Shown: positions 1 to 9,109 of the stretch, in pieces
Layout of the letters: every line of letters begins with the position of its first letter
How positions within the stretch are numbered: the stretch's first letter is position 1
Assembly: GCA_964629605.1 (NCBI GenBank)
Contig: CAZVRM010000001.1
Coordinates: 1-24,920 of the forward strand
Length of the DNA: 24,920 nucleotides
From: an uncultured Oscillospiraceae bacterium
GTDB lineage: Bacteria; Bacillota; Clostridia; Oscillospirales; Butyricicoccaceae
Reading direction: 5' to 3'
Translations under genes and position numbers: made by a program
The notes under the pieces: model-generated
What the model was told of the DNA's origin: nothing
Databases searched by the model: none
The model's input: only the letters and a program-made list of their open reading frames with translations

Positions 1-45
1 CTGAAAAGGAACTGGCGCGTACTTCTTCCCATCACTGCGTTTTAG
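1..45 (-). ncRNA. Probable 5' part (Stem I) of a T-box riboswitch leader, running off the left edge
   Basis: Minus strand reads AAACGCAGUGAUGGGAAGAAGUACGCGCCAGUUCCUUUUCAG just after a sigma-A-like promoter. The order of GA-motif-like UGA, then the AGUA motif, then ...UCAG matches T-box Stem I 5' strands. The rest of the leader is outside the window. Confidence 0.6.
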
Positions 46-62
46 GTATTCACAATAAAAAT

Positions 63-91
63 AAAATATCAAAAATAATAAAAAATGTCAA
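63..91 (-). promoter_or_regulatory. Sigma-A-type promoter firing leftward
   Basis: TTGACA (91-86), 17 nt spacer, TATTTT (68-63) with TGn extension, in an AT-rich tract. Confidence 0.65.
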
Positions 92-100
92 GTGGTTTGG

Positions 101-607
101 TTAGTTCAGCTGTTTTATCAGCAACAGCGTCAAATCTTCGGGATCGACGGCACCCAAAGCGGCATCATATTGCTGATACTTATGATATACCCCTCTGCCA
201 TCGGGCAGATAGCCTCTGCAGAAATACAAACGGTGGGCCTGTCCGGCATTTGCAGTCACATGAACATCAAGATGCAGGGAGTCACCATACGTTGCCGCGA
301 TCTCTTCGGCCTTTTCCAACAGCGCATTTCCAACACCGCGGCGGCGGTTCCATGGAAACACATTCAGATCGGCAAGACCGGGCTGCCGTGCCTCCGCCAT
401 GGAGCCCCAACGGTCTTGATAGAGTACAAACACATACCCGGCGATTTCTCCATTCAACAGCGCGATTAGAAAGGTACATTCCCCTTCCCGCTGCCAATTC
501 AAATAGCGTTCATAGTATTTGATGTTGTCGTCACTGTTATCCCCCTCTGCCTCGCAGAGCGCGGGAATCTCATCGTCCCGAATAGGCCGAACTTCAATGT
601 TATTCAT
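101..607 (-). CDS. GNAT family N-acetyltransferase
   Basis: 168 aa; acetyl-CoA motif A 'LADLNVFPWNRRRGVGNALL' and motif B 'AHRLYFCRGY'; AAGGA RBS. Confidence 0.85.
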   Translation of the reverse strand: MNNIEVRPIRDDEIPALCEAEGDNSDDNIKYYERYLNWQREGECTFLIALLNGEIAGYVFVLYQDRWGSMAEARQPGLADLNVFPWNRRRGVGNALLEKAEEIAATYGDSLHLDVHVTANAGQAHRLYFCRGYLPDGRGVYHKYQQYDAALGAVDPEDLTLLLIKQLN

Positions 608-620
608 TTCCGGTATTCCT

Positions 621-1070
621 TCACAGTTTCAGCTTCTTGACCATCACCAGTGCCTCATTTTCCTGTCCGTCGGGAGAATATCCCCGCCGTTCATAGGCCT
701 GACGCATGGGTCCCTCCCGATCCACCGTTAAAAAGGCACGATCACAGATGCTGCAGGCAACCTTCTCCCCCGCTTCCAGCAGGGCGCTGCCTACACCTTG
801 TCTGCGAAAAGGTTCAAATACGCGCAGATCGGCCAGCCGGGGCATATCGACACCCTCGATCCCGCCGGGACAGTCATGGTAAAACACAAACAGATGCCCC
901 GCCAGTTGCCCATCAAGAAAGGCCAGCAGAAACACGCAGTCTTTGGCCTGCTCCTGCCAGGTAAGATACCGTTCGAAACATTCCCGGTTTTCCGGCGTTT
1001 CGCCGCCATCGGCAAGGCAAAGGGCGGTGATGTCGGCCTCGGTCATGGGGCGGATGATCAAATCTTTCAT
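621..1070 (-). CDS. GNAT family N-acetyltransferase (paralog of 101..607)
   Basis: 149 aa; 'LADLRVFEPFRRQGVGSALL' and 'AYERRGY'; ATGA overlap with the recN stop. Confidence 0.85.
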   Translation of the reverse strand: MKDLIIRPMTEADITALCLADGGETPENRECFERYLTWQEQAKDCVFLLAFLDGQLAGHLFVFYHDCPGGIEGVDMPRLADLRVFEPFRRQGVGSALLEAGEKVACSICDRAFLTVDREGPMRQAYERRGYSPDGQENEALVMVKKLKL

Positions 1071-2740
1071 TTCAGCATCTCCTCGGCGCTGGCAAGGGTG
1101 GTTTCTGTAATGACGGCACCGCCGATGATGCGGGCGATCTCCCGCTTGCGGCCCTCACGATCCAGAGGTGTGACTTCGGTATAAGTGCGCCCCTCCCGCT
1201 CAGTCTTGGCGATGAGCAGATGACCGTCGGCCACCGCCGCGATCTGGGGCAGATGGGTGATGCACAAAACCTGCCGGGTCTTTGCCATGGCCTGCAGTTT
1301 TTCAGCGACTCGTTGTGCGGCGCGACCGCTGACACCGGCATCCACCTCGTCAAACACCGCCGCCATGCCCTGCTCCCCTGCCGAAAGCACGGTTTTCATG
1401 GCCAGCATGATACGGGAAAGCTCACCGCCGGAGGCCACTTTTGCCAGAGGCTTCAAATCCTCACCGGCGTTGGCTGACAGCAAAAAGCGCACGTTGTCGG
1501 TGCCTTTTTTGGTGAAGCGCGCCTGGGTTTCCGACCGCAGATCCTCCACATCTGCCCGGAAGCGGGCATTTTTCAGATCCAGGTCGTGCAGTTCCTGTTC
1601 GATAGCTTGCGACAGCCGCTCCGCTGCCTGACAGCGCAGGGTGTGAAGCTGTCCGGCTTGCTCATATAGCGCGGCGCGCAGCTGAGCATATTCGGCCTTC
1701 AGCTCGTCCAGATTATCGTCCAGATTGTCCAGCGCATCCAGTTCCTGCTCCAGCGATGCCAGATGCTCCTCCAGCCCGTCGGCGGGCACGCTGTACTTCA
1801 CGCACAGCTTTGCGATGTGATCCAGACGCCGCTCGGTCTGCTCCAGCTTTTCGGGGGAATACTCCAGCCGGGACAGCTGGTCGGCCAGATCGCCCGACAG
1901 ATCAGCAGCCAGCAGCGAAAGCTCCCGCATCCGCTTTTCCAGCTCCTCGGCGGCAGCACTGTACCGCGCCCCACGGGACAGACTTTTGACCGCCTGTGCC
2001 AGCAGACTGGCAGCGCCCTCGCTCTGCTCTCCACCGTCCAGACAGACGGCAGCTTCGGCAAGACCCTCGGTGATCTTCTCGCTGTTTTGCAGCTGCAAAC
2101 GCAGGGACAACAGTTCGTCCTGCTCCCCCGGCTTTACGTTGGCTTTTTTCAGTTCCTCAATGCGCCCGGGCAGTGCCGCCCGACGGCGCTCTTTTTCCGC
2201 AGCGCTCATGGACAGCGCCTTCATGCGGCGATTGAGCTGCAAAAGCGCCTCATATTGCTGCAAATACACCGACAGCGGCTGCTCCAGATCGGCAAAAGCA
2301 TCCAGATAATCCAGATGCAGCTGCTCGTTCATCAAATGCTGTCCGTCGTGCTGACCGTAGATGCTCACCAGCTTTTCGCCCAGCACCTTCAGATTGGACA
2401 GCGACGCGGGACGACCGTTGATGCGGCACTGATTACGCCCGTCGGCAAACAGTTCCCGGCGGATAAGCAGCTGCCCTTCCTCGGGCTCAAACCCCTGCTC
2501 CCGGGCCAGTTCCAGCACCTCGGCAGACAAATCGGCAAAGGTGCCTGCCACGCAGGCCTTACTCTGTCCGGTGCGGATCAGATCCCGGCTGACGCGGCCA
2601 CCCAAAATGGCACTGAGGGCGTCAATGATAATGGATTTACCTGCGCCGGTCTCGCCGGACAGCACAGTAAGGCCGGTCGAAAAATCGATGTCGGCCTGCT
2701 GAATCACAGCGATGTTTTCAATATACAAATTGCGCAGCAT
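1067..2740 (-). CDS. recN: DNA repair protein RecN
   Basis: 557 aa; Walker A GETGAGKS, 'IYGQHD', coiled coil, 'ASGGELSR', 'VFDEVDAG', 'ITHLPQIA'; follows argR. Confidence 0.97.
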   Translation of the reverse strand: MLRNLYIENIAVIQQADIDFSTGLTVLSGETGAGKSIIIDALSAILGGRVSRDLIRTGQSKACVAGTFADLSAEVLELAREQGFEPEEGQLLIRRELFADGRNQCRINGRPASLSNLKVLGEKLVSIYGQHDGQHLMNEQLHLDYLDAFADLEQPLSVYLQQYEALLQLNRRMKALSMSAAEKERRRAALPGRIEELKKANVKPGEQDELLSLRLQLQNSEKITEGLAEAAVCLDGGEQSEGAASLLAQAVKSLSRGARYSAAAEELEKRMRELSLLAADLSGDLADQLSRLEYSPEKLEQTERRLDHIAKLCVKYSVPADGLEEHLASLEQELDALDNLDDNLDELKAEYAQLRAALYEQAGQLHTLRCQAAERLSQAIEQELHDLDLKNARFRADVEDLRSETQARFTKKGTDNVRFLLSANAGEDLKPLAKVASGGELSRIMLAMKTVLSAGEQGMAAVFDEVDAGVSGRAAQRVAEKLQAMAKTRQVLCITHLPQIAAVADGHLLIAKTEREGRTYTEVTPLDREGRKREIARIIGGAVITETTLASAEEMLK

Positions 2741-2767
2741 AATCCTGTTTTCTCCTAATTTCAGCGG

Positions 2768-3220
2768 TCAGGAAAGCATTCCCGTGACCATTTCGCAGAA
2801 TTTTTCCGCATCCTCGTTGGTGCGGAGAATGACCAGAATGTTATCGTCACCGGCCAGCGTGCCCACGATGTCCCGGATCTTCATGGCATCAATGGCGGCA
2901 GCGGCGGCATTTGCCATGCCCACCAGCGTCTTGAGCACCACCAGATTCTGGGCGCGATCCACCTTGACCACACACTCCCGGAAGATATTCTTCAGACGGG
3001 TCATGTGGGTGGCGGTACTGCTCTGATCGGGAGTGGAATACTGGTAGCCTCCCGAGTGGGAAGCCACCTTGATGAGCCGCAGCTCCTTGATGTCCCGGGA
3101 AATGGTGGCCTGTGTAGCGTTATAGCCCCGATCCCGCAGATGGGCGGACAGCTCTTCCTGAGTCTTGATCTCGTTGGATGTGATAATATCTAAAATCGCA
3201 GCCTGTCGCTTGAATTTCAT
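2768..3220 (-). CDS. argR: Arginine repressor
   Basis: 'TQEEL', 'TQATISRDIKEL', 'GTLAGDD'; nadK-argR-recN synteny. Confidence 0.97.
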   Translation of the reverse strand: MKFKRQAAILDIITSNEIKTQEELSAHLRDRGYNATQATISRDIKELRLIKVASHSGGYQYSTPDQSSTATHMTRLKNIFRECVVKVDRAQNLVVLKTLVGMANAAAAAIDAMKIRDIVGTLAGDDNILVILRTNEDAEKFCEMVTGMLS

Positions 3221-4104
3221 TTGGAAGCCGTCCTTTCATTTGCAAGTTTGTTGCGGATGATCTCGTAAAAACCCTGGCCTTTGATACGCAGCAGGGAGAA
3301 AATGCGCTGAGAGCGCTGGATGACCACCACATCGCCGGTCTGCAGCTCGTAGGTATCGCCGTCGGGCGACAGGAACACCTGATGTCCCTTGTACTCCGGC
3401 ATGACGGTGACGATGCTGGCTGCCGACACCACAAAGGATTTAATGGTCAGCGAGTGGGGGCAAATGGGAGTCACTGCCAGACAATCACTGGACGGCGCCA
3501 TAATGGGGCCGCCTGCCGCCAGCGAATAGGCGGTGGAGCCGGTGGGCGTGGTGACGATGACACCGTCGCCGCTGAACTGAAAAACCTCCTGTCCATCCAC
3601 GATCACCGACAGTGGGATAACGCGGTTGAAAAAGCCCTTGGTAACCACCGCTTCGTTGAGGGCGATGGCGGTATATTTGGTATTGCCCTGGTCATCGTAC
3701 ACGGTAATGTCCAGCATAGCCCGGTCATCCAATGTAAAGCTGCCCTGCTTTACCATCTTTACCATTTCAAGCTCTTCCGGTTCGATCTCACTCATAAAGC
3801 CGATGGTGCCGCAGTTGACGCCCAACACCGGCTTGCGATAAAGGGAGGCATCTGGAGCGATGCGGAGAATGGTGCCGTCACCGCCCACCACCATGATAAA
3901 ATCGCAGGCGGGATAGATGTCGGGCGCTTTCATAAACCGCACCTGCGCCAATTCCTCGGCTTTCAGGCCGTCTTTTAACACATCGCGGAACTCCTCCAGC
4001 GCCAGCACCTCAAATTCCTCCCGCAAAAGCAGAGAAACCAGCTTTCGGCTGACCTGGACGGCCTCTTCCTTGATGGGATTGGGCTGTACCATCACTCGAT
4101 TCAT
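3217..4104 (-). CDS. nadK: NAD(+) kinase
   Basis: 'GGDGT', 'LNE', 'DGVIVTTPTGSTAYSLAAGGP'; ATG at 4104 chosen from the AAGGAAG RBS spacing. Confidence 0.95.
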   Translation of the reverse strand: MNRVMVQPNPIKEEAVQVSRKLVSLLLREEFEVLALEEFRDVLKDGLKAEELAQVRFMKAPDIYPACDFIMVVGGDGTILRIAPDASLYRKPVLGVNCGTIGFMSEIEPEELEMVKMVKQGSFTLDDRAMLDITVYDDQGNTKYTAIALNEAVVTKGFFNRVIPLSVIVDGQEVFQFSGDGVIVTTPTGSTAYSLAAGGPIMAPSSDCLAVTPICPHSLTIKSFVVSAASIVTVMPEYKGHQVFLSPDGDTYELQTGDVVVIQRSQRIFSLLRIKGQGFYEIIRNKLANERTASK

Positions 4105-4119
4105 GCAATACACTTCCTT

Positions 4120-4914
4120 TTATTTGCGCTCATGGGCTCGTCTGACCAAAGCCTGCAGATCAGGCAGGCAGTCCTCGCCCGACCGGCGCAGCCAAGCCAA
4201 AAATTCAATGTTACCGTCACCGCCATGGATGGGAGAAACTGTCATTCCGGCTACTGTAAAGCCGTTCAGCTTGAAGACTTCCACCATTTCCTGCAGCACG
4301 CGGAGATGGGTCTTGGGGTCTTTCACCAGACCACCGCGGCCTACGGCCGCCCGTCCTGCTTCGAACTGCGGCTTGATGAGCACCACGGCCTCCCCCTCTT
4401 CAGCCAGCAGCTGACCGATGGCAGGCAGCACCAACCGCAGGGAGATAAAACTCACGTCACAGGCGGCAAAGGTGGGTTTTTGGGGCAATTTTTCGGGAGA
4501 AAGCAGCCGAATATCGGTCTTTTCCAGATCAGACACCCGGGGATCGGCTTTCAGTGTGGGGGCAAGCTGCCCCGAGCCTACGTCTACTGCGTAAACGTGG
4601 CTTGCGCCTTTTTCCAGCGCACACTGGGTAAACCCGCCGGTGGAAGCGCCCACGTCCAGCACTACCCGATCCTTCAGATCGATTCCAAACGCCTGCAGTG
4701 CGCCTTCCAGCTTGTGGGCGGCACGGCTGACGAAATGGGCGGCATCGTTGAGGATCTCCAACGATGCATCCGAATCATATTTTTGGGCGGCTTTGGCGGC
4801 AGGTTTTCCCTCCACCAGCACCTGACCCTGAGAAATCAGCTCTTTTGCCCGGTCACGTCCGCTGACCAGACCCCGGGTCACCAGCAGCTGATCCAAACGC
4901 ATCTGTTCAGCCAT
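4120..4914 (-). CDS. tlyA: TlyA family rRNA methyltransferase (S4 + FtsJ-like domain)
   Basis: 'RLDQLLV' S4 domain, 'VSRAAHKL', 'DVGASTGGFT', 'DVSFISL', 'IKPQFE', 'GNIEF'; start MAEQ after GAAGGAG, overlapping the dxs end. Confidence 0.93.
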   Translation of the reverse strand: MAEQMRLDQLLVTRGLVSGRDRAKELISQGQVLVEGKPAAKAAQKYDSDASLEILNDAAHFVSRAAHKLEGALQAFGIDLKDRVVLDVGASTGGFTQCALEKGASHVYAVDVGSGQLAPTLKADPRVSDLEKTDIRLLSPEKLPQKPTFAACDVSFISLRLVLPAIGQLLAEEGEAVVLIKPQFEAGRAAVGRGGLVKDPKTHLRVLQEMVEVFKLNGFTVAGMTVSPIHGGDGNIEFLAWLRRSGEDCLPDLQALVRRAHERK

Positions 4915-6760
4915 GGCACAGCTCCTTCGCGGCATTGACAACGCCTGCAGCGTCGATTCCAAGGGATGTGTAAAGCTGTTCCACTTTTCCATGCGTTACA
5001 AAGCGATTGCCCAGATTGCACAGCTTCAATCGGACATTCTGTCCCGTTTGCTGCAGCAGCGCGGCGATATGCTGTCCCAGACAGCCCTCTTCCACACAGT
5101 CCTCCAGCACCAGCAGACGACCGCTGCGGATACATTGCAGCAGCTCCCGGTCGGCCTCACAAAGGCGGTTGATTTTGTATACGGCAGCAGAGACACCCTG
5201 CTTGTCCAGCAGGTTGGCGGCCTCCAGCGCCACAGACACCATGGCACCGTAGGTGCAGATGGTCAGATCGCTGCCCGGACGGATCTCCACCGCCGCCTTT
5301 TCAAAGGTATCCTCCCGGAAAACGCCCTCCCCACCACGGGGATAGCGCACGGCCACCGGGCCGGTTTCCAGCAGAATGGCCTGCTGCAAAGCGGTGCGCA
5401 GCTCGGAAAAATTGGCGGGCGCAAGGATTTTCATCCCCGGCACCGTCCGCAGGAAGGGCACATCAAAGGCGCCCTGATGGGTCTCGCCGTCAGCGCCTAC
5501 CAGACCGGCACGATCAACGGCAAACACCACATGGTTGCCACCGATGGCAACGTCGTGAAGCAGCTGGTCATAAGCCCGCTGCAAAAAGGTGGAATAAATG
5601 GCGCACACCGGCAGCATTCCCCGGGCAGCCAGCCCGGCAGACATGGCCACCGCGTGCTCTTCGGCAATGCCTACATCAAAAAAGCGCTTGGGATAGGTCT
5701 CTGCAAAAGGATTCAGGCCGGTTCCTGCCGCCATCGCGGCGGTCACGGCACAAATTTTCTCATTTTGGGCGGCCAGCCGGCACAATTCTTCTCCAAAAAC
5801 CGCAGAAAAATCGGTCTTTTTCTCTGCAAAAGGCTGACCGGTAACGCTGTCAAATGCAGAAACGCCGTGGAAATCGGCGGGCGACTGCTGGGAGGGCAAA
5901 AAGCCTCTGCCCTTCTGGGTCTTAAAATGCACCACCACCGGCTTGCTGAGCTTTTTGGCCTGTTCCAGCAGGTCACAGACCGCAACGGTATCGTTGCCGT
6001 CGGCAGGGCCAAGATATTCAAAACCCATCAGTTCAAAGAGCGTCTCCTTGAGCAGCGCGGAGCGCAGCTTGCTCTTACCGGCCGAAATGAGCCGGATCAG
6101 GCTCTCGCCGCCGGGACAGTTTTCCAGCGCCGCCTTGGTGCGCTCCTTCATGTGGAAATACCGGGGCTTGATGCGGATGGCAGACAGCCGCTTTGCCAGC
6201 GCGCCCACATTGGGGCTGATGGACATATCGTTGTCGTTGAACACCACGATCAGCGGCAGGCCGGACTGACCGGCATCGTTCATGGCTTCATAGGCCATGC
6301 CGCCGGTAAACGCGCCGTCACCAATGACGCAGACGGTGCAGGCATCGCTGCCCGCCAGCTTTTTTGCCCGCGCCATGCCCAGCGCCACCGAAACCGACGA
6401 GGATGCGTGACCCGAAACGGCACTGTCATAGGGGCTTTCGGAAGGGCGCAAAAAGCCGCTGATCCCTCCGAACTGCCGAAGAGAATCGAAACGATTTTTC
6501 CGCCCGGTAAGCATCTTGTGCACGTAGCACTGATGTCCCACGTCAAAAAGAATGTCGTCTTTGGGCGCGTCAAATACCCGGTGAAGGCCTACCGTGATCT
6601 CCACCACGCCCAGATTGGATGCCAGATGGCCGCCGGTTTTGGACACGGCTTCCACCAAAAACTGCCGAATCTCGCTGCACAGCGGGGGCAGCGCTTCTTC
6701 GGGTAATTTTTTCAGGTCGGCGGGACAGTTGACGTTGTCCAGCCAGGGATAGTTTCGCAT
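4907..6760 (-). CDS. dxs: 1-deoxy-D-xylulose-5-phosphate synthase
   Basis: 617 aa; 'GGHLASNLG', 'DVGHQ', TPP motif 'GDGAFTGGMAYEAMN...NDN', 'DVGIAEEHAV', 'DRAG', 'RYPRG'. Confidence 0.97.
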   Translation of the reverse strand: MRNYPWLDNVNCPADLKKLPEEALPPLCSEIRQFLVEAVSKTGGHLASNLGVVEITVGLHRVFDAPKDDILFDVGHQCYVHKMLTGRKNRFDSLRQFGGISGFLRPSESPYDSAVSGHASSSVSVALGMARAKKLAGSDACTVCVIGDGAFTGGMAYEAMNDAGQSGLPLIVVFNDNDMSISPNVGALAKRLSAIRIKPRYFHMKERTKAALENCPGGESLIRLISAGKSKLRSALLKETLFELMGFEYLGPADGNDTVAVCDLLEQAKKLSKPVVVHFKTQKGRGFLPSQQSPADFHGVSAFDSVTGQPFAEKKTDFSAVFGEELCRLAAQNEKICAVTAAMAAGTGLNPFAETYPKRFFDVGIAEEHAVAMSAGLAARGMLPVCAIYSTFLQRAYDQLLHDVAIGGNHVVFAVDRAGLVGADGETHQGAFDVPFLRTVPGMKILAPANFSELRTALQQAILLETGPVAVRYPRGGEGVFREDTFEKAAVEIRPGSDLTICTYGAMVSVALEAANLLDKQGVSAAVYKINRLCEADRELLQCIRSGRLLVLEDCVEEGCLGQHIAALLQQTGQNVRLKLCNLGNRFVTHGKVEQLYTSLGIDAAGVVNAAKELCHG

Positions 6761-6790
6761 TGTCCCTTCCCTCCTGTTCCGATTCCTTGA

Positions 6791-7666
6791 TTAGTTGTTT
6801 CGCTGCGCCAGATACAGTGCCAGCTCTTTCAGAAATTCGCTGTCTTCAAAAATCTCTGCGGCAGCCAGTGCCTGCTGGGTCAAGTTGCGCACCATGCCCC
6901 GGCAGGCCTCCAGCCCGTAGACCGACACAAAGGTGGTCTTCTGGTTGCTTGCATCGCTGCCAATGGCCTTTCCCAGCACAGCCTGGTCGCCGGTCACGTC
7001 CAGAATATCATCCTGAATCTGGAAGGCCAGACCGATGCGGTCGGCATAATCCCGGGCGGCCTGCAGCTTTTCCTCGCTGGCACCTGCCAGCAGTGCGCCG
7101 CCCTCACAGGCAGCCCGCAGCAGCGCGCCGGTCTTGAGACTAACCATCTCCTGCAGTTCCTCCAAAGTGGCGGTCTTTCCCTCCAGCGCCAGATCCTGCA
7201 CCTGACCGCCGATCATGCCGTACACGCCGCTGCAGCGGGAAATGCAGGCGGCAGCAGCCATGGCCTGGGCAGCAGGCACGGCAGTCTGTGCCAGCATGAT
7301 CTCAAAGGCACGGTTGAGCAAAGCGTCACCGGCCAGGGTGGCCATGGCTTCGCCATAGACCTTATGGTTGGACAGTCTGCCCCGGCGGTAATCGTCGTCG
7401 TCCATACAGGGCAGGTCGTCGTGGATCAGCGAATAGGTATGGATCATCTCCAGACCGCAGGCAAAGGGCAGTCCCTCCTCCGGCTTGCCGCCGCACAGAC
7501 GGTAAAACTCCAGCAGCAGCATGGGACGGATGCGCTTGCCGCCAGCCATCAGACTGTAGCGGCAGGCCTCAAAAATCCGGCTCTGGCGGCATTGCTCGGC
7601 GGGCAAAAAGCCCTCCAGCGCCGCATCCACCAGCTTGCCGTAGCGATCCATGGTCTCTTTCAGCAT
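6791..7666 (-). CDS. ispA: Polyprenyl (farnesyl diphosphate) synthase
   Basis: 'GGKRIRP', FARM 'HDDLPCMDDDDYRRG', SARM 'FQIQDDILD'; start at 7666 from the GAGGA RBS (7678 is an alternative). Confidence 0.93.
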   Translation of the reverse strand: MLKETMDRYGKLVDAALEGFLPAEQCRQSRIFEACRYSLMAGGKRIRPMLLLEFYRLCGGKPEEGLPFACGLEMIHTYSLIHDDLPCMDDDDYRRGRLSNHKVYGEAMATLAGDALLNRAFEIMLAQTAVPAAQAMAAAACISRCSGVYGMIGGQVQDLALEGKTATLEELQEMVSLKTGALLRAACEGGALLAGASEEKLQAARDYADRIGLAFQIQDDILDVTGDQAVLGKAIGSDASNQKTTFVSVYGLEACRGMVRNLTQQALAAAEIFEDSEFLKELALYLAQRNN

Positions 7667-7667
7667 A

Positions 7668-7898
7668 TTATTCCTCATCCCCTACAAAATCGGGTGTTTG
7701 GGGGCCGTTTTCCCCCTGCAGCAGGATCTTTAGCTGCTGCTGCGCCTGATCCAGCGCTTTGTTGCAGGAAGAAATCAGCTTGGTGCCCTCCTGAAACAAT
7801 GCCAGACTCTCCTCCAGCGGTGCATCGCCCCGCTCCAGTGCGGTGACGATCTCCTCCAGACGGGTCATATTCTGTTCAAAGGTCTGCTTTTTTGCCAC
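7668..7898 (-). CDS. xseB: Exodeoxyribonuclease VII small subunit
   Basis: GTG start after GGAGGA; 'TFEQNMTRLEEIV..LERGDAPLEESLALFQEG'. Confidence 0.93.
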   Translation of the reverse strand: MAKKQTFEQNMTRLEEIVTALERGDAPLEESLALFQEGTKLISSCNKALDQAQQQLKILLQGENGPQTPDFVGDEE

Positions 7899-9105
7899 GT
7901 TGTTTCCTCCTTTGGACGGTGTCCACCGTACACTGCACCGTGCCGTCAGACAGTGCCACCGCCACGGGATCACCGGGCTGCAGCTGGGTCACCGAACGCA
8001 CCACAGCATCCTCCCGGGTGACCATGGCATAGCCCCGGCTCAGCACCTTCAGCGGGCTGAGGGCATCCAGCTTGGCGGCAGTGCGCTGAAAGCGCACGGT
8101 ATTTTTGTGCACCACATTGCTTCCGGCGTGCTCCAGCCGCTGCCGCAGCATTTCCAGCTGAAGCTCCTGCTGCTGCAGATAGGCTTCGGGACGCTTCATC
8201 ACCGGCTTGGCTGCCAGTGCCTCCAGCCGCTGGCGCAGCTGGGTCAATTTGCGGCCTTCGGCCTGTTCCAGCCGCAGCTGCAGCTGATGCAGACCGCTTC
8301 GGATGGCAGTCTCATCCTGCACCGCAAGCTCGGCGGCGTTGGAGGGCGTTGCGGCACGCACATCGGCCACATAATCGGAAATGGTCACATCGGGCTCATG
8401 CCCCACCGCCGAGATCACCGGGATGGTGCAGCGGAAGATGGCGCGCGCCACGATTTCTTCGTTAAAGGCCCACAGATCCTCCAGAGAGCCGCCGCCGCGG
8501 CCGGTGATGATCACGTCGGCAAGCTGATGCTTGTCCACATAATCCAGCATGGCGGCGATCTCCTCGGCAGCGCCCTCTCCCTGTACCCGCACAGGACACA
8601 CCAGCACCTCTGCCATAGGCCAGCGGCGGCCTAAGATCCGGGTCATATCCCGGACGGCAGCGCCGGTGGGCGAGGTGATCAGCGCCACTCTGTGGGGATA
8701 GTTGGGCAGCGGCTGCTTGTGGGCGGGGTCAAAGAGGCCGTCTTCATAGAGCCGCCGTTTCAGCTGCTCAAAGGCCACCGCCAGTGCGCCCACCCCGTCG
8801 GGCTGCATGGCAGTTACGTAAATCTGATATTGTCCGCTCTTGGGGAACAGACTCACCCGGCCGTAGAGAATGACCTTCATGCCGCTTTCCGGGCGGAAGC
8901 GCATCTTCATGGCGTCCGAACGGAACATGACGCAGGAGATCACCGCTCCCTCGTCCTTCAAAGTGAAGTACTGGTGGCCGGAAGAATGGGCTTTGTAATT
9001 GGAAAGCTCGCCCCGGACGCAGACCTGGGATAAAATCTCGTCCTTGTCCAGCAGCAGCTTGATATATTGGGTCAGCTGGGTGACCGAAACCGGCTGCATT
9101 GCCAT
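7876..9105 (-). CDS. xseA: Exodeoxyribonuclease VII large subunit
   Basis: OB-fold 'SGHQYFTLKD', 'ITSPTGAAVRD', 'RGGGSLEDLWAFN', 'SAVGHE', 'LSPLKVLSRGY'. Confidence 0.97.
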   Translation of the reverse strand: MAMQPVSVTQLTQYIKLLLDKDEILSQVCVRGELSNYKAHSSGHQYFTLKDEGAVISCVMFRSDAMKMRFRPESGMKVILYGRVSLFPKSGQYQIYVTAMQPDGVGALAVAFEQLKRRLYEDGLFDPAHKQPLPNYPHRVALITSPTGAAVRDMTRILGRRWPMAEVLVCPVRVQGEGAAEEIAAMLDYVDKHQLADVIITGRGGGSLEDLWAFNEEIVARAIFRCTIPVISAVGHEPDVTISDYVADVRAATPSNAAELAVQDETAIRSGLHQLQLRLEQAEGRKLTQLRQRLEALAAKPVMKRPEAYLQQQELQLEMLRQRLEHAGSNVVHKNTVRFQRTAAKLDALSPLKVLSRGYAMVTREDAVVRSVTQLQPGDPVAVALSDGTVQCTVDTVQRRKQRGKKADL

Positions 9106-9109
9106 AGGC

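Noticed and set aside
4913..6706. 597 aa plus-strand ORF
   Set aside because: Exact antisense shadow of dxs with no recognisable motifs; expected in GC-rich coding DNA.
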